Below are positions 11,112 through 20,049 of a stretch of 64,000 nt of DNA, one piece after another. Made by a program: the position numbers and the translations under genes. The DNA is taken from NCBI GenBank assembly GCA_040756875.1, contig JBFLYH010000002.1, positions 542,526-606,525 of the forward strand. Direction: 5' to 3'. The notes below the pieces were generated by a model. It was not told the DNA's origin. It ran no database searches and saw only the letters and a program-made list of their open reading frames with translations. Within the stretch, counting starts at the first letter, position 1. The number at the start of each line of letters is the position of its first letter. This stretch comes from a candidate division FCPU426 bacterium. GTDB taxonomy: Bacteria; Oederibacteriota; JAAXVQ01; JAUVAV01.

Positions 11112-12953
11112 TCACCTCAATTCTCCAATTTCTTTAAACGCTATTCCCAATTTATTTAGCATCATCTTGCGATCGTCACTGTTTTGACTGAGCTCTTCAA
11201 GAATGATTTCCCATTGAATAGCTCCCCCTTGGCCATCGGCGTTTTTCCCAACCAAGCCCAATCGCATTTTCACTCCTGCCGGCACTTTAACCAACGACAC
11301 CCGAGAAGGAACTTCGGGCAGCGCTAGCATATCCTTCAATTGTTCTTTGGGAAATTGCCTTGCATCAAAGTCAATCAACCAAATACTCGCTTGATTATTC
11401 GAACCGTGCACTCTCATGAATACATGATCCTGCTGCATGACAGTTTCATAAATGCTGGTCCCGCCCCAATATGGTGCTTTATAATCCATTCGCCCATAGC
11501 TATTATTCACCGTTCGCGCATATCTTCTTGTCCAGGTCCCGCTGGAAGCGAAAGTATCCCTAGCATATCGGAGGGCCACCCTGGCTTCGCCAATATTCTC
11601 CGCAATGATCTTGGTCGTTTCTTGTTCGAATTGCTTTTCGATTCCTGCCGTTAGGTTCCGCCATCCCGTGCCACTGCCCACCAGGAGCCCGAAAGCGGTC
11701 ATGATCCGCTCAAATGGCGTCAGCCGTTCGCCGGTCAGGAATTCCGTGCCGGTCAGGAATTCATACAGATCAACCGCGTCTCCTACTGCGGGAACGAATC
11801 CGACGCCGATCCGTCCGATTTTCTTCAAGGCCTCTAAAGCATCTGAAATCATCGCCTCATTACGGGTTTGCAGCTTGTCATCGTCCCAAACCGGTTGTTC
11901 TTGATGGAGAACCTCTTCCATGAAGGGCGACGCTTGCGGGCCTTCGCCATAACCGTTGATCACGCGCTTAATTTCATCTTCGGTAGCCTGGTATCTGCGG
12001 GCAATGACCGCAATGTCCTGCATGATTTGAATAAAGCGTTCACTGGAGAGGGGCTTCCCGGTTTGCTGCAAAGTGTCTAGTTCGGAATGAATGGCACGCA
12101 AATGCTCTTGGTCAGCTTGTTGTTGCTTTTTCTTTTCCTCGTCCCTTTGTTTAGGAGGTTGCTGCGGATTGGTGTTTTGGGTGTATGTCGTTAAACCCGA
12201 CATGGCTGCCCGATAGGCCTGAGGATTGTAAACGCCTTCAGTCCGGGAGTAGCCTTTTTTATTCAAATAATCGCGTAAATAGGCGGCTCTTTCGTCCAGC
12301 GCAGGATGCGTTCCCTTCAACTTACGAACATGGTAAAAGGGATCCGCATCCAGCCAGGACGACAACCGCTCAAAGAAATCCACAAAAGCATAAGGATTGT
12401 ATCCAGCCATCCGGGCTAATTCCACCCCGAAAATATCCGCTTCTTTTTCCAATTCCTTGCCCCAACCCGCCTCGGAAATTTCCTTTTGCTGTTTCAGCAA
12501 ATCCTGTTTTAACAAGTTGTCCTTCATGACCAAATCCAAACCCAACTTCAGCACTTTTCCGAAAGTGTTATCATTCCGAAATCGTCTCTCGTCATGTTTC
12601 AGAACAACATGGCCAATTTCGTGGGCAATGAGACAGGCCAGTTCAGCTTCATTGCTCAAACTGTTTAACATACCGCGGGTCAGTGTTATTTCTGACATCC
12701 AGTTGGCCATGCCTTGAACCCTGGAATCTGCTAAAAGGTTCATAGAAAGGTAGGTCTTGTTCTTTAAGTATGCTTGCAGCTTTTCCAATATTTTCGAAGC
12801 ATAGGCTTTGGCACTTTCATCCTTAAGTCGTTCGTTTGATATTTCTGCTTTGGGTTGTTGCTTGAAAACCAGACGATCAACCGTACTGCATCCCACAATG
12901 ATATTAAAGACCAGCGACCAACTGAGCCCAACCGCGAGAAAACGGCGAAGCAT
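11112..12953 (-). CDS. lipoprotein polymorphic toxin: M48 metallopeptidase + PT-TG + C-terminal toxin domain
   Basis: Lipobox IIVGC. M48 motifs AHEIGH, EKEAD and THPALDER. PT-TG motif GFVPAVGDAVDLYEFLTG...TGERLTPFER. C-terminal RVHG...LALP...VPAG...GGAIQW. Confidence 0.75.
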   Translation of the reverse strand: MLRRFLAVGLSWSLVFNIIVGCSTVDRLVFKQQPKAEISNERLKDESAKAYASKILEKLQAYLKNKTYLSMNLLADSRVQGMANWMSEITLTRGMLNSLSNEAELACLIAHEIGHVVLKHDERRFRNDNTFGKVLKLGLDLVMKDNLLKQDLLKQQKEISEAGWGKELEKEADIFGVELARMAGYNPYAFVDFFERLSSWLDADPFYHVRKLKGTHPALDERAAYLRDYLNKKGYSRTEGVYNPQAYRAAMSGLTTYTQNTNPQQPPKQRDEEKKKQQQADQEHLRAIHSELDTLQQTGKPLSSERFIQIMQDIAVIARRYQATEDEIKRVINGYGEGPQASPFMEEVLHQEQPVWDDDKLQTRNEAMISDALEALKKIGRIGVGFVPAVGDAVDLYEFLTGTEFLTGERLTPFERIMTAFGLLVGSGTGWRNLTAGIEKQFEQETTKIIAENIGEARVALRYARDTFASSGTWTRRYARTVNNSYGRMDYKAPYWGGTSIYETVMQQDHVFMRVHGSNNQASIWLIDFDARQFPKEQLKDMLALPEVPSRVSLVKVPAGVKMRLGLVGKNADGQGGAIQWEIILEELSQNSDDRKMMLNKLGIAFKEIGELR

Positions 12954-13049
12954 AGGAACTCCCTCTTTCGAATAAGTTAATTTGGAATTTATTATATTTT
13001 GACTGGCAAAGATATATTTTAGTGCAATTTTTCTTTTGTTATTAACTTT

Positions 13050-13454
13050 TTATCCCACGACCCGCGCCAGGAGGCGGCGGGAACGGGGGCCGTCGAATTC
13101 GCAGAAGTAGACGCCCTGCCAGGTGCCCAAAACCAATTGGCCCTGGCTGATGGGCAGGGTAAGGGTGGCGCCCACGAGGCTGGACTTGATGTGGGCGTCC
13201 GAGTTGCCTTCGCTGTGGTGAAAAGAGCCGTTCTCAGGCACGAGTTTTTCGAGGTGGGCGAGCAGGTCGCGGACCACGTCCGGGTCCGCGTTTTCGTTGA
13301 TGGTCAGGCCGGCTGTGGTGTGCTGCACGCAGGCCATAAGCAGGCCTTCGGCCACGCCGGAGTCCCTGACCGCCTGCTGCAGCCGGCTGGTCACGTCCAC
13401 CAGTTCGACGCGTTTGCGGGTCTCTACGCTGATTTCGACCAGCTTGCCGACCAT
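13050..13454 (-). CDS. yjbQ: YjbQ/UPF0047 secondary thiamine-phosphate synthase family
   Basis: HTTAGLTINENADPDV, HSEGNSDAHIKSSL, LGTWQGVYFCEFDGPR. Confidence 0.95.
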   Translation of the reverse strand: MVGKLVEISVETRKRVELVDVTSRLQQAVRDSGVAEGLLMACVQHTTAGLTINENADPDVVRDLLAHLEKLVPENGSFHHSEGNSDAHIKSSLVGATLTLPISQGQLVLGTWQGVYFCEFDGPRSRRLLARVVG

Positions 13455-13459
13455 GCGGA

Positions 13460-15295
13460 TTATTCCACGGTGACGCTTTTGGCGAGGTTGCGCGGCTGGT
13501 CCACGTCCGCGCCCCGCAGCACGGCCACGTGGTAGGCCAGCAGCTGCAGGGGCAGCACGGTCAGGAGCGGGCTCAAGGTTTCCGCGACCGGCGGCAGCTC
13601 GATCAGCCAGTCCGCGCTCTTCTTGAGCTCCCGGTTGCCGCGCGTGGCCAGGGCCAGCACTGAACCGCCGCGGCTCTTGACCTCGGCGATGTTGCTCATG
13701 ATTTTTTCCAGCACGGACGACTGGTTGGCAATGGCCACCACGGGCATGCGGCCGTCGATCAGGGCGATGGGGCCGTGTTTCATCTCGCCGGCCGGATAGC
13801 CTTCGGCGTGGATGTAGGAAATTTCCTTGAGCTTGAGCGCGCCTTCCAGGGCGATGGGATAATTGATGCCCCGGCCCAGGTAAAGGAAGTCCCGGCTCTT
13901 GAACAGCTTCGCGGCAATGTCCTGGATCAGGGGATCGCGCTCCAGCAGGCCCTTCATGAGCCGCGGCACCTGGCGCAACTGGTCCATGTGGCCGGCCGCC
14001 TGGCTGGCGCTTATGCTCTTGCGGCGCCGGCCCAGGTACAGGGCCAGCAGGTGCAGGGCCGTGAGCTGGGCGGTGAAGGCTTTGGTCGAGGCCACGCCGA
14101 TTTCCGGGCCGGCGTGGGTGTAGAGCGTGGTGTGCGCGTCCCGCGTCATGGTGGACCCGACCACATTGCAGATGGCCAGGGTGTGGGCTTTGCGCTGCCT
14201 GGCCTCGCGCAGGGCCGCCAGGGTGTCGGCCGTCTCGCCGGATTGGCTGATGAGCACCACCAGGCTCTGGCGGTCCACCAGGGGCGAGCGGTAGCGGAAC
14301 TCCGAGGCGAAATCCACCTCCGTGGGAATGCCGGCGAACTGCTCGATCAGGAACTTGCCCACCAGGCCCGCGTGCCAGGACGTGCCGCAGGCCACGATGA
14401 AAATGCGCCGCAGGCTTTTGACCAGCCCCTCGGGCAGCTCGGCTTCGCCCAGCACCACTTCCCCGCCCAGGCCCTCGACCCGGCCGCGCAGGGTGTCCTC
14501 GACCACCTGGGGCTGCTCGTAAATCTCCTTGAGCATGAAGTGTTTGTAGCCCTCTTTTTCGGCCTGTATCGCGTCCCAGGTGATGTGCGTGGGCTTGCGC
14601 TTGATCTCAACGCCGCGCTGGTTCAGCAGTTTCACGCCCTTGTGGGTCAGGACCGCCAGCTCCTGGTCGTGGACGTAGATGACGTCGCGCGTGTGCGGCA
14701 GCAGGGCCGGCACGTCCGAGGCCGCGAAAAACTCCTTCTTCCCCAGGCCGAGTATCAACGGGCTGCCCCGGCGGGCCACCACCAGCTTGCCCGGCTCGCG
14801 CTGGCTGACCACGGCCAGGGCGAACGTGCCCTTGACCCGGCCGACCGCGCGGCGCACTGCGGTTTCCAGGGGCGTGCGGCCCCGGTAGTACTGGTCGATC
14901 AGGTGCGCGAACACCTCGGTGTCCGTGTCCGAGAGGAAGCGGTAGCCGCGCGCCTCCAGTTCCCGGTGCAGGCTGCGGTCGTTCTCCACGATGCCGTTGT
15001 GGACCACGGCCAGGGTGCGGCTGTTGTTGGTGTGCGGATGGGCGTTCTCCTCGTTGGGGCGGCCGTGCGTGGCCCAGCGCGTATGCCCGATGCCGACCAC
15101 GGCCGGCAGCGGGGTCTGCTGCACGAGTTTGACCAGGTTGTGCAGCTTGCCTTCGCTGCGCCGCAGCTGCAGGCGCCCACGCGAAATCACGGCCAGGCCG
15201 GCGGAATCGTACCCGCGGTATTCCAGCCTCTGCAAGCCGTCAAGCAGGATGGGGACCGTGTCCCTCTCTCCGACATAGCCTACGATACCGCACAT
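13460..15295 (-). CDS. glmS: glutamine--fructose-6-phosphate transaminase
   Basis: MCGIVG, LEYRGYDSAG, GHTRWATHG, DQPRNLAKSVTVE. Confidence 0.99.
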   Translation of the reverse strand: MCGIVGYVGERDTVPILLDGLQRLEYRGYDSAGLAVISRGRLQLRRSEGKLHNLVKLVQQTPLPAVVGIGHTRWATHGRPNEENAHPHTNNSRTLAVVHNGIVENDRSLHRELEARGYRFLSDTDTEVFAHLIDQYYRGRTPLETAVRRAVGRVKGTFALAVVSQREPGKLVVARRGSPLILGLGKKEFFAASDVPALLPHTRDVIYVHDQELAVLTHKGVKLLNQRGVEIKRKPTHITWDAIQAEKEGYKHFMLKEIYEQPQVVEDTLRGRVEGLGGEVVLGEAELPEGLVKSLRRIFIVACGTSWHAGLVGKFLIEQFAGIPTEVDFASEFRYRSPLVDRQSLVVLISQSGETADTLAALREARQRKAHTLAICNVVGSTMTRDAHTTLYTHAGPEIGVASTKAFTAQLTALHLLALYLGRRRKSISASQAAGHMDQLRQVPRLMKGLLERDPLIQDIAAKLFKSRDFLYLGRGINYPIALEGALKLKEISYIHAEGYPAGEMKHGPIALIDGRMPVVAIANQSSVLEKIMSNIAEVKSRGGSVLALATRGNRELKKSADWLIELPPVAETLSPLLTVLPLQLLAYHVAVLRGADVDQPRNLAKSVTVE

Positions 15296-15296
15296 T

Positions 15297-16031
15297 TCAC
15301 ACCTCTTTCGGCGTTCCCTTTTTCATCGCGGCCAGCATCTCCCGGACCGCGCGGTCCAGCCCCACGAGCGCCGCCCGGGCGATTATATTATGGCCGATAT
15401 TCAGGTCCTCGACCTCGGGAATGCGCACGACGCGCCCCACGTTGGCATAGGTCAGGCCGTGGCCCGCGTTCACGCGCAGCCCCAGGCTGTGCGCCTGCAT
15501 GGCCGCGGTTGCCAGCAAGCCCAGTTCGCGGTCGACCTCCGCCGGTTGCAGGGCGTGGGCATAGGCGCCGGTGTGCAGTTCCACGAAATCCGCCTTGACC
15601 CCGGCCGCGGCCCGCACCTGCGCCGGGTCCGGCGCGATGAAAAGCGAGACCGTGATGCCCGCCAGTTTGAGGCGCTTCACGGCCGCGGCGATTTTTTCCT
15701 CGTGCCCGGCCACGTCCAGCCCGCCTTCGGTGGTGAGCTCCTCGCGCTTTTCCGGCACCAGGGTGCTTTCGTCCGGCCGCAGCCGGCAGGCAATGGCGAC
15801 CATTTCATCCGTGGCCGCCATCTCCAGGTTCAGCTTGGTCTTGACCGTTTTCCGCAACAGGTCCACGTCGCGGTCCTGGATGTGCCGCCGGTCCTCGCGC
15901 AGGTGCACGGTGACGCCTTCGGCCCCGGCCTGCTCGACGATGCCCGCCGCGGCCACGGGGTCAGGCTCGGTCTCGCGCCGCGCCTGGCGCAGGGTGGCGA
16001 TGTGGTCAATGTTTACGCACAAGTGAGCCAT
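15297..16031 (-). CDS. pdxJ: pyridoxine 5'-phosphate synthase
   Basis: [33 protein letters not shown]. Confidence 0.98.
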   Translation of the reverse strand: MAHLCVNIDHIATLRQARRETEPDPVAAAGIVEQAGAEGVTVHLREDRRHIQDRDVDLLRKTVKTKLNLEMAATDEMVAIACRLRPDESTLVPEKREELTTEGGLDVAGHEEKIAAAVKRLKLAGITVSLFIAPDPAQVRAAAGVKADFVELHTGAYAHALQPAEVDRELGLLATAAMQAHSLGLRVNAGHGLTYANVGRVVRIPEVEDLNIGHNIIARAALVGLDRAVREMLAAMKKGTPKEV

Positions 16032-17413
16032 GTCTTGATCCTTTTGCGGCCGTCGCCGATGGCCTGTTCCACGGCATCGGCCAGGCGGTCGGCCCAGGTT
16101 TCGGCCTGGTCCGCGTTTTCGGCTTCGACCATCACGCGCGCCAGGTTTTCAGTGCCCGAGTAGCGCAGGTTGACCCGGCCGCGGTCAGCCAGGCTGCGCC
16201 GGGCCGCGTCCAGCACCGGCCGCACGGCCGGCAGGCTGGCCAGGTCCGGCCGCCGCGACACGCGGACATTGACCAGAAGCTGGGGGAAGTCCTTCCACCC
16301 GGCGGCCAGCTGCGACAGCGGCGCGCGTCCGGCCGCCAGCACGCTGAGCACTTCCAGCGCGGTCAGCAGGCCGTCGCCCGTGGGTTCGAGCCGCGGCAGC
16401 AGCAGATGGCCGGACTGTTCGCCGCCGAGGGCCCAGCGCCGGCGCGCCAGGGCCTGGGCCACAAAGCGGTCGCCCACGGCCGTGCGCTTCAGGCGGATGC
16501 CGTGCTGGCGCAGGAAATGTTCCAGCCCCAGATTGGTCATGACCGTGGCCACCACGGTCCTGCCCGGCAGCTGTCCGCTGCGGGCGTAATGCAAGGCCAG
16601 AATGCCCAGCAGGCGGTCGCCGTTGAGAATGGCGCCGGTTTCGTCCGCGAGCATGACCCGGTCGCCGTCGCCGTCGAACGCCAGGCCCGCGTGCGCGCGG
16701 TTCCGCACCACGGCCCTGGCCATGGCCTGCGGATGCAACGAGCCGCAGTCGCGATTGATGTTTAACCCGTCCGGCGCGTCGGCCAGGTACTCGGCGCGGA
16801 CACCCAGGCCGGCCAGCACCGTGGGCGCGGTCCGGCAGGTGGCGCCGTGCGCCAGGTCCGCGACCAGATGGAGTTTGCGCCAGCGCGGGGAGCGGAAACG
16901 GCGGATGAGATGGCGGGCGTAAACCGCCGCGGCCTCGCCGGCCAGGTCCACGATCGCGCCCAGGCGCACGCCGCTAGCCTCGGGCTGCGGCCTGGTGGTG
17001 GCCAGGCCTCGCTCCAGGGCGCGCTCCAGGCGTTCGGGAAATTTCCCGCCTGTGGAGGAAAAATATTTGATGCCGTTGTCTTCGGCCGGATTGTGCGAAG
17101 CGGAAATGACGATGCCCGCGTCCAGGCCGTAGTGCCGCGTGAGCAGCGAGACAGCCGGCGTGGGCATGACCCCGAAGCGAAGCACTTCGGCCCTGCCGGC
17201 GGACAGGCCGGCGGACAGCGCCGCGGCCAGCAGGGGCGAGGAGATCCGCGTGTCCCAGCCCAGGCCCACGCGCGGGCCGCGCAACTTGCTGCGGCCCAGG
17301 ACCCGGGCCGTGACTTCGCCCAGGTGCAGCACCCGGGAGGCTTCCAGCGGGCCTTCGTTGGCCAGGCCCCGGATGCCGTCCGTGCCGAACAGTTTGGGAA
17401 CCGGAGATTTCAT
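16013..17413 (-). CDS. glmM: phosphoglucosamine mutase
   Basis: [36 protein letters not shown]. Confidence 0.95.
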   Translation of the reverse strand: MKSPVPKLFGTDGIRGLANEGPLEASRVLHLGEVTARVLGRSKLRGPRVGLGWDTRISSPLLAAALSAGLSAGRAEVLRFGVMPTPAVSLLTRHYGLDAGIVISASHNPAEDNGIKYFSSTGGKFPERLERALERGLATTRPQPEASGVRLGAIVDLAGEAAAVYARHLIRRFRSPRWRKLHLVADLAHGATCRTAPTVLAGLGVRAEYLADAPDGLNINRDCGSLHPQAMARAVVRNRAHAGLAFDGDGDRVMLADETGAILNGDRLLGILALHYARSGQLPGRTVVATVMTNLGLEHFLRQHGIRLKRTAVGDRFVAQALARRRWALGGEQSGHLLLPRLEPTGDGLLTALEVLSVLAAGRAPLSQLAAGWKDFPQLLVNVRVSRRPDLASLPAVRPVLDAARRSLADRGRVNLRYSGTENLARVMVEAENADQAETWADRLADAVEQAIGDGRKRIKTWLTCA

Positions 17414-17498
17414 GGGTTGCTCCTGGATCGCTTCGGAAAAAAGCGGTTCATATTAGCATACGCTTTAAAGCTGGAAAACAGAAAACGCCCCGCACGGC

Positions 17499-18194
17499 CT
17501 AACGCCGCAACGGGTCCTGCACGCCGGCTTCGCCGAAGCCCTTGGCGCGCAGCAGGCACGATTCGCAGCGGCCGCAGGGCCGGCTGTCAGCCCCGGGGTT
17601 ATAGCACGAGGACGTCAGGGAAAAGTCCACCTGCAGGCCGCGCCCCAGGCGCACGATATCCGCCTTGGACAGGTTGACCAGCGGCGCTTCGAGCTTGACC
17701 TGCCAGTGCTCCGACGTCCCGGCCTGGGTGGCCAGGCGGGCGAGATGCTGGAAGGCCGCCAGGTATTCGGGCCGGCAGTCCGGATAGCCGGAATAATCCA
17801 GCGCATTGGCGCCGATATACAGGGCTTCGGCCCGCAGCACTTCAGCCCAGGCCAGGCCGAGTGAAAGCAGGATGGTATTGCGGGCCGGCACGTAGGTGGC
17901 GGGCGCCGGCGCGCCGGGCTCCACGCGCTCCCGGCCGGCTGGCACCTCCTGGTCCGAGGTCAGGGCCGAGCCGCCGATGGCGCGCAGGTCCACGCGCACG
18001 ATTTTATGCTCGGCCGCGCCCTGGGCGGCCGCCTGTTTGCGCGCGCGCTCGATCTCCAGGCTGTGGCGCTGGCCGTAATCCACGGTCAGGGCATACGCCG
18101 CCAGACCGTCCCTGCGCGCCAAGGCCAGGCATACGGCCGAATCCAGGCCGCCGGACAGCAGGACCACGGCGCGGTGTTCGATGTCAGGGGTCAT
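17499..18194 (-). CDS. queC: 7-cyano-7-deazaguanine synthase
   Basis: LLSGGLDS, TYVPARN, YSGYPDCR, CGRCESC. Start set at MTPDIE. Confidence 0.95.
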   Translation of the reverse strand: MTPDIEHRAVVLLSGGLDSAVCLALARRDGLAAYALTVDYGQRHSLEIERARKQAAAQGAAEHKIVRVDLRAIGGSALTSDQEVPAGRERVEPGAPAPATYVPARNTILLSLGLAWAEVLRAEALYIGANALDYSGYPDCRPEYLAAFQHLARLATQAGTSEHWQVKLEAPLVNLSKADIVRLGRGLQVDFSLTSSCYNPGADSRPCGRCESCLLRAKGFGEAGVQDPLRR

Positions 18195-18344
18195 GCGTGC
18201 TCCTTGCGCATGCTTTTCTGTTTGTGGCGGTCCCATTATACGCCAAACTCCGGGCCGCACAAGACCGCGCTTTTCCGGGCCGCAGCCTTGACTTCGCCTG
18301 CAAGCGGGATTAGAGTAAAGGCGACAGCAGGAGGTCGTCTGGCG

Positions 18345-19109
18345 ATGGCCCGCTCATGGAGACCTGCATTCCCGGCGTTAGGCCTGCTGATCCTCTGCCT
18401 GGGATTGGGGGCTGGCTGCATGGCCGATCATCCCGAACCCGGAACCCATACCGCGGACCCTTGGCAAGCCAGCCGGGAACAGATGGTCAAACACCAGATC
18501 GAAGCCCGCGGCGTCCGCAACCGCGAAGTGCTGCAGGCCCTGCGAATGGTCCCCCGCCATGCCTTTGTCCCGGCTGCCGAGCAAACCTACGCCTACCACG
18601 ACTCCGCCCTGCCCATTGGCCACGGCCAGACCATTTCCCAACCTTACATCGTGGGGGTCATGACCGAGCTCCTGGAGCCGCGTTCCGGCCAAAAGATCCT
18701 CGAAATCGGAACCGGGTCAGGCTATCAAGCCGCGGTGCTGGCCCAAACCGGCGCCTTGGTCTACACCATCGAAATCGTGGAGCCCCTGGCCCGCGAGGCG
18801 CAGGCCACCTTGGCCGGCCTGGGTTACGCAGGCCGCGTGCACGTGCGGGCAGGCGACGGGTTTGCGGGCTGGCCCGAGGCCGCGCCCTTTGACAGCATCA
18901 TCGTCACCTGCGCGGTCTCCCAAGTCCCCCAGCCGCTTCTGGACCAGCTCAAACCCGGCGGCTGCCTGGTGCTGCCCCTGGGCGAAACCCTGGATTATCA
19001 GACCCTGACCAGAATCACCAAGAACGCCCAGGGCGAACTCACCTATCAAAACGTGCTGGGCGTGGTCTTCGTGCCCATGACCGGCCCGCACGGGTTCAAC
19101 CGGCCTTAA
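18345..19109 (+). CDS. pcm: protein-L-isoaspartate O-methyltransferase with N-terminal lipoprotein-like signal
   Basis: VPRHAFV, GQTISQPY, LEIGTGSGYQAAVL, GWPEAAPFD, FVPM. GGAGG RBS before MARSW. Confidence 0.93.
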   Translation: MARSWRPAFPALGLLILCLGLGAGCMADHPEPGTHTADPWQASREQMVKHQIEARGVRNREVLQALRMVPRHAFVPAAEQTYAYHDSALPIGHGQTISQPYIVGVMTELLEPRSGQKILEIGTGSGYQAAVLAQTGALVYTIEIVEPLAREAQATLAGLGYAGRVHVRAGDGFAGWPEAAPFDSIIVTCAVSQVPQPLLDQLKPGGCLVLPLGETLDYQTLTRITKNAQGELTYQNVLGVVFVPMTGPHGFNRP

Positions 19110-20044
19110 CCCTCCAGGCGCTTACCCTGCCAGGTGTCCTCTGCCTCCATTTTCGCCTGTATGTCCGCCAGCACCCCGCTTTTATCCAGCAGCCACTGCG
19201 GCGCTACCAGCTTGTCCGCCGGGCAGTCCGCGGTCAGACGCTGGATCACCACCTCGGGCCTGAGCCGTTCCAAAAAACTGACCACGCGTTCGACGTACGC
19301 CTCCCGGCCCAAGGGCTCGAAGCGCCGGCTGTGAAACAGGCCGGCCAAAGCCGTGCCCGCGACCGCATAGAGCGGATGCAGCTTGACGCCTTCGAGCCGC
19401 CAGCGGCTGATGGCCAGAGCTGTCTCCGCTTCGCTCTCCCCGGTCTCGCCCGGTATGCCCAGAATGACGTGCGCGCAGATTTTCATCTGCGGCCACTGCC
19501 GGGTCAGTTCCACGGCGCGCTTGAACGCGGCGCTGTCGTGTCCGCGGTTGAGCCAGGCCAGCGAGGCGTCGTGGCTGCTCTGCAGCCCGTATTCCATCCA
19601 CACTTCATACTCCGGCAGGAACTCCGCGATCGCGGCCAGCACCGCTTCGTCCACGCAATCCGGCCGCGTGCCAATGGCCAGGGACTTGATCTCCGGGAAG
19701 GCGCGGATGGTGCCGTACACGCCGCGCAGGACCGCGGGCGGCGCATAGGTGTTAGTGTAGGATTGGAAGTAAGCCATAAAGCGGAGGATACCCTGGCGTT
19801 TGCCCTGCTCGACGCCCTGCCGCAGTTGCTCCGCCATTGGCGGCGCTTCAGGACCCTGGCGCTGGACGCCTGTCCCGCCTGCAAACGCCGACGGCTCGCA
19901 AAAAATGCAGCCCTGGGAAGACAATGAACCGTCGCGGTTCGGGCAGGTGAAGCCCGCGTGCACGGGCAGCTTGCGCACCGGCCCGCCGAAGCGCTCGCGC
20001 AGGTAGGCGGAAAACGCGCGCCAGCGGGATCGGGCTTCGGGCAT
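19106..20044 (-). CDS. TIGR01212/YhcC family radical SAM protein
   Basis: GFTCPNRDG...GCIFC, YFQSYTNTY, IGTRPDC. Confidence 0.92.
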   Translation of the reverse strand: MPEARSRWRAFSAYLRERFGGPVRKLPVHAGFTCPNRDGSLSSQGCIFCEPSAFAGGTGVQRQGPEAPPMAEQLRQGVEQGKRQGILRFMAYFQSYTNTYAPPAVLRGVYGTIRAFPEIKSLAIGTRPDCVDEAVLAAIAEFLPEYEVWMEYGLQSSHDASLAWLNRGHDSAAFKRAVELTRQWPQMKICAHVILGIPGETGESEAETALAISRWRLEGVKLHPLYAVAGTALAGLFHSRRFEPLGREAYVERVVSFLERLRPEVVIQRLTADCPADKLVAPQWLLDKSGVLADIQAKMEAEDTWQGKRLEG

Positions 20045-20049
20045 GGGCG

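Noticed and set aside
15290-15300. glmS ribozyme
   Set aside because: glmS starts 1 bp after pdxJ, leaving no leader.
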